From Bdellovibrionales bacterium (GTDB taxonomy: Bacteria > Bdellovibrionota > Bdellovibrionia > Bdellovibrionales > UBA1609): 64,000 nucleotides of DNA. Below are positions 23,001 to 30,960 of this stretch, in pieces. The notes below the pieces were generated by a model. The model was not told the origin of the DNA. It did no database searches and was given only the letters and a program-made list of their open reading frames with translations. A program made the position numbers and the translations under genes. How positions within the stretch are numbered: the first letter of the stretch is position 1; each line of letters begins with the position of its first letter. Location of the stretch: the NCBI GenBank assembly GCA_050246815.1, contig JBFWVI010000006.1:26069-90068 (forward strand), in the 5' to 3' direction.

Positions 23001-23643
23001 CCAAACGGCGATAGCGCAAATCGACTAGCTTGCGGCAGGCCGCACTGGCTTCGATGCAGGTTTTGGGCGATTTATGTGTCCTCATCTCGGCTTCAAGCTT
23101 GACGTCATCTTGAGTGGCCAATCGCACCAGAATGCGCGCACTTAATGCGTCTGTTGCAAAAAGCTTCGAATTGATACAACCACGTTTCAAGTCGACAGAG
23201 CAGCCAGCCATCATTGCGTTTTCATAGCGGCGAAACCACTCTTGTTGGGCATTGGCGGTCAGCCCAGCCGGCTGCGTGGTCAAAGCCTTCCAAAATGCAC
23301 TGTTAAAAATTCGGATGGCTTTCTCTAAACGCACCGAAATATTGGCCGGAGTGCTGATGTACTGCACATCCAGCACATAACGAGCAAGGGGCACTAAAAT
23401 CGCCTGCTCCATTTCAGTTGCAGGACGCTTCAGATCTTCTTCAAACTTGTCCAGATTCAATTGCGCAAAGCTATTGCCCATCGCGCTGATCTGCTGGGGG
23501 GTGTGAAGTGTGGTCACGCCCCAGTCCTTTGCGCCCTCGTGCTCTTGGCGTTTGCGCTGTTTGGGCGAGCACGCCGCTAGAGCCACGACAAGACTTAAGA
23601 GGCTGATTTTCAAGACGATATTTTTTTGCGTCGATGTCTTCAT
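20068..23643 (-). CDS. large hypothetical lipoprotein (~1191 aa), paralog of 15853-19221
   Basis: AGGAGG RBS before ATG 23643; lipobox LAA-C (MKTSTQKNIVLKISLLSLVVALAAC). No recognisable domain. Confidence 0.87.
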   Translation of the reverse strand: MKTSTQKNIVLKISLLSLVVALAACSPKQRKRQEHEGAKDWGVTTLHTPQQISAMGNSFAQLNLDKFEEDLKRPATEMEQAILVPLARYVLDVQYISTPANISVRLEKAIRIFNSAFWKALTTQPAGLTANAQQEWFRRYENAMMAGCSVDLKRGCINSKLFATDALSARILVRLATQDDVKLEAEMRTHKSPKTCIEASAACRKLVDLRYRRLAMAYTVKNTLLNDSEMSFAFMKYIRLLDYLVLQGGDIGYMSETYTSMFELLISRFKPKDVNSKEIREFIENFVPWTFSSRRSDTFRHGSKAMLNLATQCCLYKDATQFKLSDSMLLAIKESQNESDKDFPSFNEIVNKLHGRSHMNGADILSNLGMAGDLNRLKNVESSFYNEYFFILDRLFNEHLSSGEAMSILERTDASRAQTELLSTLRTYMRVQLAHLTIETIDFMMGIYQSKSIPSGAIFSEAIMVSRDLSTRWMKTQSKLDLLDKFVSSYFKRRAVIPQEFTDTSALMKSFSRNVHYISVYPNMIGMTYFLAKNKGTVKEKSWWGAEFTIQAETVVSDLFDGLYNTQDLWFRFTSDIVRLERERLFYAFHYALKTQALETFTVDEKISGQSDRAKFFELTLGKYLQGQRRFLEDKYMEYERNVLGHASFNALVNICRYELAPLGSVPAAPTTEVELLDLGKFTYVGMGDNKYFDLLKKVYSKESQQTVATIFDDVEPKLTFVRAIIALLENHMLATGEIKSRDEAHPDLENIRNIVREVESRERRFFTTYMKYRKSMFECTKQLYKVEMMRSYRLVQEERAHLGRIHDMLKSVHDVKGVAGQSARLQQLNKEHFSDRAVKFDHLRLEGYSMSQYDFFMRVKKRVEGDIFTQVTDRERQVYGPELVRLVRPRSVRVLVPNGLERMDLSVKSPAEVIQYMPNKEDFIRQGLKHFSGQSGASYAEWQGQGAQLSAFKDYLDTSVDLYLMGQISVEGDKPQSISAGELANIFKDIVQLVNLNDFDVENATIMGLDGRMKVESLEGFLLEPVTMRAQPLLRSLMMRLYERAGLSGGLRGLLSGGHTLFNTLNNEGVIIFDPGPEFQSTLYSVYGKPINRILARLFEFFAKAPEFERDPSFRDLFKTRVRLDENARVVDIESSKGLEPLGVVDNLMLGNLAASHNNFTHKTGNKFNTDYLSRRGQALIKTKNAAEAF

Positions 23644-23654
23644 CTTGGCCTCCT

Positions 23655-26600
23655 TTATTTGATGTACAGGTTGGTGATAGGTAGCCAAAAACCGTTCAGC
23701 ATGGCGGCGGCGGCCGAGATCTGCCCCACGCCGCGCATAGACTGGTCACAAACCACACGCATCGGCGTGTCCTTGCGGAAACCGGTCATTCGACTCGCGA
23801 CAGCTTTTTCATATTTGCTAAATTCTTTTTCGATCGAGTTATAAAATTCGATTGTTTTCTCTGTTCCCACTTCTTCCGCGATGCCGGCGGGAATATAGAA
23901 GCCCTCAAAGCCTGCTTCGACGTTGTTTTGGCCGGTCTCAGTGGTGCTAAAAAATTCGCTCAAACCCGTGCCGTTGGGGGCGCTCACACAAGTCGAAGTC
24001 ACTTGTTCGTGCTTTTCTGTCAACATGGCCTTCACGGATTGTTCGGTTAATTTGTCACCCGCCGGTGAATCGTAATCGATTTTGATCGCAATGATGTAGG
24101 CGCTGGTGTCATCCAAAAAGCGCATTTGAGTCAGCGGCACCAAGAACATGTCATTCACCCGCACCATGGCCGTGCCTTCTGGCAATAAATAAACATCACG
24201 CGCCGTGCGCGAACGCTGCAGCATCAAATCAAACATGGTTCCGGTGAAGCGCTTATAGTGATTGGCTTTGGTGCGGATATCTTGCTGCGAAGAATTGGCC
24301 GTGATCAAAACCGCGGCCAAAGTAAACTGAAATTCGGTCTGGTTTTGCATCACGCGATTGAAGTCTGACGGCAATAGGCCGGGGTCAGAGCTCCACCAAT
24401 TTTGCCGCGGCAACATCCAGCTAGAAGATAAAATGATATGACCTAGGCTATTGCGTTCAGTTTTTTCGAGGCCTTCAAAGCGCATATTGCTTTCGACCAT
24501 GTCTGAAATCGTGCGGGTGTATTCACCCGGATAAAGCGTGCGGTAAAGCGGCGATCGGCCCTCTGTGGTGTAGAACGGATTCGCCCAGCCCGGCCACATG
24601 AAAGCATAGGGTGAAGTTAAAGCGTAAAGGCTTGCGATTTTCATCGGCAAGTTGCTGAGCTGATACCACTTTCCGATCATTTGGCGATAGTCCGTGCTGA
24701 CATCACCAACCAAGTAGCCGCTCATGATGTAGCGTTCGCGCGTGTCGATTTTGCTATAATCAGATTCGGGTAAGGTTAATAAAAACTTCATTTCGTTCAA
24801 TGCCAACTTCGAAGCACGGCACAAATCGCGAATTCCTTCTGATTTGCGGCCATGGCGGAACATCAACTCTTTCAGTGCTTCGTGGGCCACACCCGACTCA
24901 TCCTTGGCCATGCACGATGCCGAAAATTCATACAAAGCCGCTTTGTCACGCCGAATGCGATCCCAAATCGGAACCAGTTCCCGATCCGTGCTCAAACGTA
25001 AACGCATCTCATCGTAGAATAAACGGACGCGGCCCATGATCGAAAAAGTTCGGGCCCAAAGACGCCATTCGCTGTTGTCCGCGTCAGAGCGATGACCGCC
25101 GACAAATGAATACAAATCGCTGACCAAATCATCCGTCAGCCATTCAAAATAAAAACGCACCAGTTCTTCCGCCGTGTTGCCACGATCCCAGCGATTGCAA
25201 AACGGGTCCGCACTGTAAGAAGCTTCCACGTCATTGCACTGTGGGAAGTAACCCGTGGGTAATTTGCCTTGCTTTGTGACGGTCATGTCCGGTACGCGAC
25301 CATTTTCAGGCATTTTAAAGTAGTCGAATTTGTCTGCATCCTTATTGTAGGTCGTGTATTCTTGTTTGTATAGGTAGCGCAGAACCAAACGGTCCTGGGG
25401 ACCCGGCATCAAGGTTTGACTGTCCAAAGCCATCCAGGTGCGGCCGCTCAAGTAGCCCATGATGGAGCTTAGGTTGGTGAACTCATGTTCAGGATTGGCC
25501 AGTGCTGCCAATGATTTTTGAATAGCGCTTGGGACCGTGCCTTCCTCGGGCACGATATTTTCTTTGAACTGGTGACCCAGCCCGTACATATGTCCCAATT
25601 CATGCAAAAGCAGTTTCATCATCATGCCGTCAAAGTGCTCGCGGAAGGGGCGGCGAGCGGCATTTTTACCTTCGCGTGCCATGGCTGAGCGCAATTGGGC
25701 GGCGGTCAAATCCTTATCGGGAAATGCAGAAGAGGCCTGCATGCGGTAGCCACGCAGCCTCTTGACGCGCTCACCGCCATCTTTGGTGTCTCGCACGATG
25801 GCGCTAATCGCTGTGCGATCTTCCGCGCTCATCGAAAGCGTGCTTTCCGTATTGCTTTTACCTTGAGTCATTCCCAGATGCTCTAAAAAGCTGCGACCGG
25901 CAAAACGTTTTTCCGTCTCGCGCTTCATTTTTTGCGCTTCCGCCATCAAATCAGCCGCGACCTTGTTGCCAAACTTAGGATTCGACATGGCCGTCATTTG
26001 TTTGCGCAATGACTGAATCTGTTCTTCGATTTTTTTCATGTCGGGAGATCCGGTTTTGCCGCCCCCGTGCTCACTGGCTAAACGGACCATTTCACTGTTC
26101 AAGAATTCGCGACCGTGCTCATTTAATTGCTGCTGCAACACGCTTCGGTTGTTACCATTGAAGTTTTCAAATCCTTCTGGCAACCCCAATGCCGAAGGTA
26201 TTCCCATCGCTTTTGCGTCGCCTGGGAAAATGCGCATTCCCGCAAGGCTGCCACTGCCGCCATGACCGGGATCATTTTCAGAATACATTTGAACCAGGCT
26301 TTCCATCAGGCCGCCAAAAACCAAAACATGGCCCCACAGGATCTTGCCGTTCTGCAAATCGGCGTGGGCATACCCCACACCAAGAGCGTTGTTTTCAGAA
26401 ATGCGGCGATCGGCCACATAGGTGATGCCTGGGTAGCGCAAGTCAAAATCATGCTTGCGAGATTGCACGATGGGCTCAAAGGCTTTTTGCCCTTTGGGCA
26501 CAACACCCTCTTCTTGATAAACTTGATTCCATTTCTCAATGCCAGCGATCAATAAATCTTGAATGGCCTTGTCTTCGGCGCCGTTGATATAAAGCTTCAC

Positions 26601-27491
26601 GGGCTTAGACACATCCCAGTGTGCGGCGTACAGCTCTTCGGCCTGATCATGGCGTTTACCCATGACATGCAAGATGTTCATCAAACGCGAGTTTTCTTGG
26701 TGATAGGGTGTTTTCTGAAAATGTGGGTCATGCTCAAAACGCAAAAAATTGACGCGCACATGGGCCTGCGCATTGGCGGCGCTAATGCGCGACCCGGTTG
26801 ACAGACTCATATTCAAGGTGAAACCCAAAAAACCGCGCTGCTTGTCCCACTCAATATCGGTGGCCGTCGAGTGTGATAGGCCATCGTTCATCGACTTCGA
26901 CCAGAATAAGCCGGGATCCACCAGCTGAATACCCGCCAAATTAAGCTTGATCATGGGACGTGCTGAAAAATCACTCCGGGTGGAATTTTCAACCCACTCG
27001 TTGGTCTCGCGGCCATGTTGGTCTTTGGCGCGCTCGTAATAAAAATGACTCACGATTGGAATGCGAACATACTCTTTCCAGTGCTGGATTTCGCTGTCTG
27101 CACCCTTTCCTTTTTTGGGTTTTTGCATGAAGGTGGGGTTGACCAAACGGCCGACCAACCAGTTTTGGTCTTTGATTTCAAACACCAAATTGCAATGGGG
27201 GGAGGCATGATCCAAATGACCGAAAAGCCATTCACCGTATTCACCCGCTTCAACTTCGGGGGCCCAGCCGCACATGAAATATTTAGGTTTTCCATCGGTT
27301 GAAAGAAAGAAGGATTTTTCGACGTTCAAAACATCCGGCACCGGGGTCTCGGTGGCGCGCTCTTTAAAGGCCTTGAAGTTGAAGATGCTTCCTTTACCTT
27401 GGCAGGCCGTCAGGGCCAAAAATGCCGTGAAGCTGACCACGAATCGCATACTTACGCTTAAGCTGTTAAAACCATTTGGCTTTTTGTACAC
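23655..27491 (-). CDS. large zinc-dependent metalloprotease lipoprotein (Met-zincin, DUF4953/EcxA-like catalytic module)
   Basis: HELGHMYGLGH (HExxHxxGxxH), Met-turn SSIMGY, GPQDR..LRYLY, CND...DPFCNRWDRG; lipobox LTA-C. Start is uncertain: GTG 27491 (AGAGGG RBS), ATG 27449 or ATG 27512. Confidence 0.85.
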   Translation of the reverse strand: MYKKPNGFNSLSVSMRFVVSFTAFLALTACQGKGSIFNFKAFKERATETPVPDVLNVEKSFFLSTDGKPKYFMCGWAPEVEAGEYGEWLFGHLDHASPHCNLVFEIKDQNWLVGRLVNPTFMQKPKKGKGADSEIQHWKEYVRIPIVSHFYYERAKDQHGRETNEWVENSTRSDFSARPMIKLNLAGIQLVDPGLFWSKSMNDGLSHSTATDIEWDKQRGFLGFTLNMSLSTGSRISAANAQAHVRVNFLRFEHDPHFQKTPYHQENSRLMNILHVMGKRHDQAEELYAAHWDVSKPVKLYINGAEDKAIQDLLIAGIEKWNQVYQEEGVVPKGQKAFEPIVQSRKHDFDLRYPGITYVADRRISENNALGVGYAHADLQNGKILWGHVLVFGGLMESLVQMYSENDPGHGGSGSLAGMRIFPGDAKAMGIPSALGLPEGFENFNGNNRSVLQQQLNEHGREFLNSEMVRLASEHGGGKTGSPDMKKIEEQIQSLRKQMTAMSNPKFGNKVAADLMAEAQKMKRETEKRFAGRSFLEHLGMTQGKSNTESTLSMSAEDRTAISAIVRDTKDGGERVKRLRGYRMQASSAFPDKDLTAAQLRSAMAREGKNAARRPFREHFDGMMMKLLLHELGHMYGLGHQFKENIVPEEGTVPSAIQKSLAALANPEHEFTNLSSIMGYLSGRTWMALDSQTLMPGPQDRLVLRYLYKQEYTTYNKDADKFDYFKMPENGRVPDMTVTKQGKLPTGYFPQCNDVEASYSADPFCNRWDRGNTAEELVRFYFEWLTDDLVSDLYSFVGGHRSDADNSEWRLWARTFSIMGRVRLFYDEMRLRLSTDRELVPIWDRIRRDKAALYEFSASCMAKDESGVAHEALKELMFRHGRKSEGIRDLCRASKLALNEMKFLLTLPESDYSKIDTRERYIMSGYLVGDVSTDYRQMIGKWYQLSNLPMKIASLYALTSPYAFMWPGWANPFYTTEGRSPLYRTLYPGEYTRTISDMVESNMRFEGLEKTERNSLGHIILSSSWMLPRQNWWSSDPGLLPSDFNRVMQNQTEFQFTLAAVLITANSSQQDIRTKANHYKRFTGTMFDLMLQRSRTARDVYLLPEGTAMVRVNDMFLVPLTQMRFLDDTSAYIIAIKIDYDSPAGDKLTEQSVKAMLTEKHEQVTSTCVSAPNGTGLSEFFSTTETGQNNVEAGFEGFYIPAGIAEEVGTEKTIEFYNSIEKEFSKYEKAVASRMTGFRKDTPMRVVCDQSMRGVGQISAAAAMLNGFWLPITNLYIK

Positions 27492-27742
27492 AAAGACCCT
27501 CTCTGCAAACATTGTCGATTTTACATGGTACAAATTACAGGCCATTGTCCAACCCTGTTTTATATGCATAACTATTTGAATTTATTAATTAAAATTTGCA
27601 CTCAAAGCGTCCTCATCTCACCCCCCTGTCAGCTTGGCCCCAAAAGTGACGCAAAAGGGCGCCTTTGAAGGGCAGGTTTTTTGGGGTACTTTGGCTGCTC
27701 TTTTGACCCCGCAAAACCGCTTTAGAAAGGCCTTTCAAAGTC

Positions 27743-28795
27743 ATGAACAAATACAGCAAATGGGCCTTGATCGGCCTGGCAACGGCGGCCTTCGTTTTGA
27801 TTTTTATTCCCTTTTACTCACAGATTTTGTTGGCCGGGGTTTTTGCCTTTGCATTGGACCCGCTCTCGCGCGTGCTGGTGTCACGTCGATTTATTCAAAA
27901 CTCCAAAATCAACTTTCGCCGCAAGCAGTGGGTGGCAATTATTTTGGTGGCGCTCTTTATGCTGATCACAACACCGATTTCGATCGCCTTTTATGATGTG
28001 TACGGAACCGTGAGTGAGGCCGCCACCAACGGTCTGCAAAACTCTGAATTCTATGCGGACTTAATGCGCCTGAAGGCTGCGGTGGTCCCCTATGTGGAGG
28101 ACACGATTCAATCCTTCAATCTGAAGAGACAAGTCAACCTGACCACTTTGGCCGAGAATACCTTAAATGATTTGGGCAAGCGAGCCATGGCCTTTGTCGG
28201 CGCGGCACTTGGGCAACTGCCGGACTTTGTACTTTTCATTGTTGTGTTCGTCTGCGCTCTTTACTTTTTCTTGGCTGAGAATCGCCACCTGCGTGCGGCC
28301 CTGGTGCAAAGTAAAGCCATTACCCCACAAGAGCTGGATCGTATCATCTTGATCTTTCAAAAGGCCTGTTCTTCCACAATTCTGGCTTCGGTGATCACAG
28401 GTCTGGTGCAAGCTTCGATCGTGGCGATTGGAAGCGCGATTTTAAAGACCGGCGATTTCTTTTTGATCTTTGTGGTCACCTTCTTTTTGTCATTTGTTCC
28501 GGTCATTGGCGCGGCCCCCGTGGCGCTGCTGTTGTGTCTGTTGGCTTTGGTGAAGGCCTCTTACGGCACTGCCGTGGGTTTTGCCATTTTGGCTGTTATC
28601 ACGGGCAGTATCGACAATGTGCTACGCCCCTATTTGGTGAGTGGCGATGATGACGTTCATCCCATCCTGGTCTTGCTGGGGCTGCTGGGCGCCATCACAA
28701 TTTTTGGACTGCCGGGGCTGTTTTTAGGACCCGTGATCACCTCGGTTACCGTGCAGCTTTACAAGGAGTACGCACTGGGAACACCTGACGTTTAA
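27743..28795 (+). CDS. AI-2E family transporter
   Basis: About 350 aa and multi-TM, with SFVPVIG, DNVLRPYL, HP..VLLGLLG and GLFLGP. Confidence 0.9.
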   Translation: MNKYSKWALIGLATAAFVLIFIPFYSQILLAGVFAFALDPLSRVLVSRRFIQNSKINFRRKQWVAIILVALFMLITTPISIAFYDVYGTVSEAATNGLQNSEFYADLMRLKAAVVPYVEDTIQSFNLKRQVNLTTLAENTLNDLGKRAMAFVGAALGQLPDFVLFIVVFVCALYFFLAENRHLRAALVQSKAITPQELDRIILIFQKACSSTILASVITGLVQASIVAIGSAILKTGDFFLIFVVTFFLSFVPVIGAAPVALLLCLLALVKASYGTAVGFAILAVITGSIDNVLRPYLVSGDDDVHPILVLLGLLGAITIFGLPGLFLGPVITSVTVQLYKEYALGTPDV

Positions 28796-28856
28796 GCCAC
28801 AAGACTTAGATCCGGTTGGCCTGGCCAAAACACCGCGAATCAGGTTTAATTTTCTT

Positions 28857-29324
28857 ATGACCAAAACCATTCGAGCCTCGTTGTTGTTCGCGATTTCTTT
28901 GTCGGCCCTTCAAGCTTTGGCGTTCAACCCCGATAAGTGCGGCGAACTCTTTCCGAAATCCGGTGAAACGCATCGACCCTATTTGGCACCCATCTATTCT
29001 TCGACCATCGCACCGTCGGTGACCTCGTATTTTTCGTCTTTCGGCAAGTGCGCCATGTACAATTCAAAAATTTCCATTCAGCGCAAGAAATTCATCAAAG
29101 CCAGCTATGATCACCTCAGCACCGAAGCGGCTCAAGGCCAAGGTGAGTACGTGGCCGCGCTCGCAAGTTTGAGCGGCTGCCCATCGGAATCCCATGCGGC
29201 GTTCTCGCACGGACTTCAGCGCCAATACAGTCAAGTTTTTGCTCGTGGCGCAGACGGCTTGGACCAACAAGTCGACGCCATGATTCAAGACGATTCTTGG
29301 CTGGCTTTAAGCTGCCGCCAGTAG
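28857..29324 (+). CDS. secreted DUF3015-like protein
   Basis: Signal peptide; L.TEAAQGQGEYVAALASLSGC resembles the DUF3015 core. Confidence 0.65.
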   Translation: MTKTIRASLLFAISLSALQALAFNPDKCGELFPKSGETHRPYLAPIYSSTIAPSVTSYFSSFGKCAMYNSKISIQRKKFIKASYDHLSTEAAQGQGEYVAALASLSGCPSESHAAFSHGLQRQYSQVFARGADGLDQQVDAMIQDDSWLALSCRQ

Positions 29325-29381
29325 CTTAGCTTCGGCCCACCTCTTGCTTTGTTCACACCACGTGACCTTCAGGGGCGTTAA

Positions 29382-30290
29382 ATGGCATTGCACCACCTAA
29401 AAGTTGCCTTGTTTTGTCTGCAGCTTCTGCTTTGTGGCACAGCTCGCGCCGCGGGTCCGATTTGCAATGGCGAACTGAAACCCGGCGAATCGCGCGATTA
29501 CTGCGGTCACAAAGCCAGCACAACCGGTGTTTGGCCCTGCTACAGGCTGACGCGAAATGCTCAAAATCCAAAACAATACACCGCCTTACTTACACTGCGC
29601 TTCAATTACCTGGAATCTCACTGCCGCGGTAACCAGGAGTGCGAGTATGGAGATGCCAACCACTTGATGCAAAAAATGACGGACCCAAAAAAAATTGTCC
29701 AGATGGATCGTGATTATCGAGCCTTTGTGCAAGGCTGCTATGACGACGCCAACCCCTTTTTGAATGGACCCAACTATGAAAATCTAAAGCTGACACTTGG
29801 TGCTCCGATGGCAGCTCACGCCGGCGCCCCACCTGTGCGCGAAGTCAACGTTTACGATTACGCCGTGGACCGTGAGTCCGACGACACTTGGAGCCCACTT
29901 GGTGAGATGTCTTGCGCCACCGTGATGCACGAAACCATGCACATCCTGGGACTGGTGGACGAGTATGAGGAAGCAGAAGGCCACTACCTAAATAAGAAAG
30001 GCCAGCGCACCCATCGCGAGACGGACACATGGCGTTCCATTTACAGCTGCCGCAGTCTTGGCCCTGAAAGCTCGATCATGTCGAATCCCTTCGCGGGTGA
30101 TGACATCGAGGAGGACCCCTCCGGAACGACGGCAATTTTCGCCGCGCAGTTTCGTGAAATTGTTTACCATGATTGCCCCGAACTCAATCGCGTCTACCGT
30201 TCGTGCGCCCGCAATGCCTACCGTGGCGCCGGCCACTGCCTAAAGGTCGACCCCATTTGCAAAGCACCGGATTTCAAATGGCTGGAGTGA
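29382..30290 (+). CDS. secreted cysteine-rich zinc metalloprotease (zincin)
   Basis: Signal peptide (ARA-A), HETMHILGLVDEY motif, SSIMS Met-turn, many Cys. Confidence 0.8.
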   Translation: MALHHLKVALFCLQLLLCGTARAAGPICNGELKPGESRDYCGHKASTTGVWPCYRLTRNAQNPKQYTALLTLRFNYLESHCRGNQECEYGDANHLMQKMTDPKKIVQMDRDYRAFVQGCYDDANPFLNGPNYENLKLTLGAPMAAHAGAPPVREVNVYDYAVDRESDDTWSPLGEMSCATVMHETMHILGLVDEYEEAEGHYLNKKGQRTHRETDTWRSIYSCRSLGPESSIMSNPFAGDDIEEDPSGTTAIFAAQFREIVYHDCPELNRVYRSCARNAYRGAGHCLKVDPICKAPDFKWLE

Positions 30291-30880
30291 AACACTTCTC
30301 TCTTCAATTTATTTTGACTATCTTGGGCACATTGACAGTGGCCGATGCACAACCGCGCAAAGCTAGTGTGACTGCCGCACTTGACTCACAAATTATGCGT
30401 ATTTATAGCCAACACTTTCACACCTATGACACCGTCAACAACATGCCCTGGGACTGCGGCGGCAATGCACTTGATCTGTTTCTTGAGCTGGAGCGTGAAG
30501 ACCTCATTAAAGAGCGAAAAGCTTTTATCGTTCATACCTTCTACGAATATGATTTCAAATTGGACGCGAAAAACCGTCCGCTCTCAAGAGTTTTAATCCC
30601 CTTAAAGGCTCGTCGGGGTCATCCTTGGTGGGCCTTTCACGCTTTCTTAGTTTTGGACGAGGTGGTCTTAGATCAGTACTACACCGACCAACCCCAAGCC
30701 CTTGATCTAGACCGGTATCTTTCACTCATGTGGGGTGACGAAAACCTTCACGATCTGCATTTTCAAATCATTCCCGCGCAACAGTATCGACGAACTCAAG
30801 AGTGGGGCCATTCCCCAAGCATGAAGCTTCATCCCCAACTTAACCACGAGCAATTAAAAGCTCAGCTGCAAAAAATGTAA
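30287..30880 (+). CDS. secreted protein with a papain-like Cys-His-Asp triad (protein-glutaminase/NTAQ1-like fold, inferred)
   Basis: GTGA overlap with the upstream stop; signal peptide VKHFSLQFILTILGTLTVADA; WDCGGNA...WWAFHAFL...VLDQYY. Confidence 0.6.
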   Translation: MKHFSLQFILTILGTLTVADAQPRKASVTAALDSQIMRIYSQHFHTYDTVNNMPWDCGGNALDLFLELEREDLIKERKAFIVHTFYEYDFKLDAKNRPLSRVLIPLKARRGHPWWAFHAFLVLDEVVLDQYYTDQPQALDLDRYLSLMWGDENLHDLHFQIIPAQQYRRTQEWGHSPSMKLHPQLNHEQLKAQLQKM

Positions 30881-30884
30881 ATTT

Positions 30885-30922
30885 TATCTGTTCCAATTTT
30901 TTGGAACAGATATGTTCCAAAA
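30885..30922. promoter_or_regulatory. two overlapping inverted repeats built from three TGTTCCAA half-sites (operator and/or terminator)
   Basis: TATCTGTTCCAA-tttt-TTGGAACAGATA (12-bp IR, 30885-30912) overlaps TTTTGGAACA-gata-TGTTCCAAAA (10-bp IR, 30899-30922), just before TTGACC at 30926-30931. Confidence 0.6.
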
Positions 30923-30960
30923 TCTTTGACCTCGTCGTTTGGTCTCAGTATCTGGGCTTC

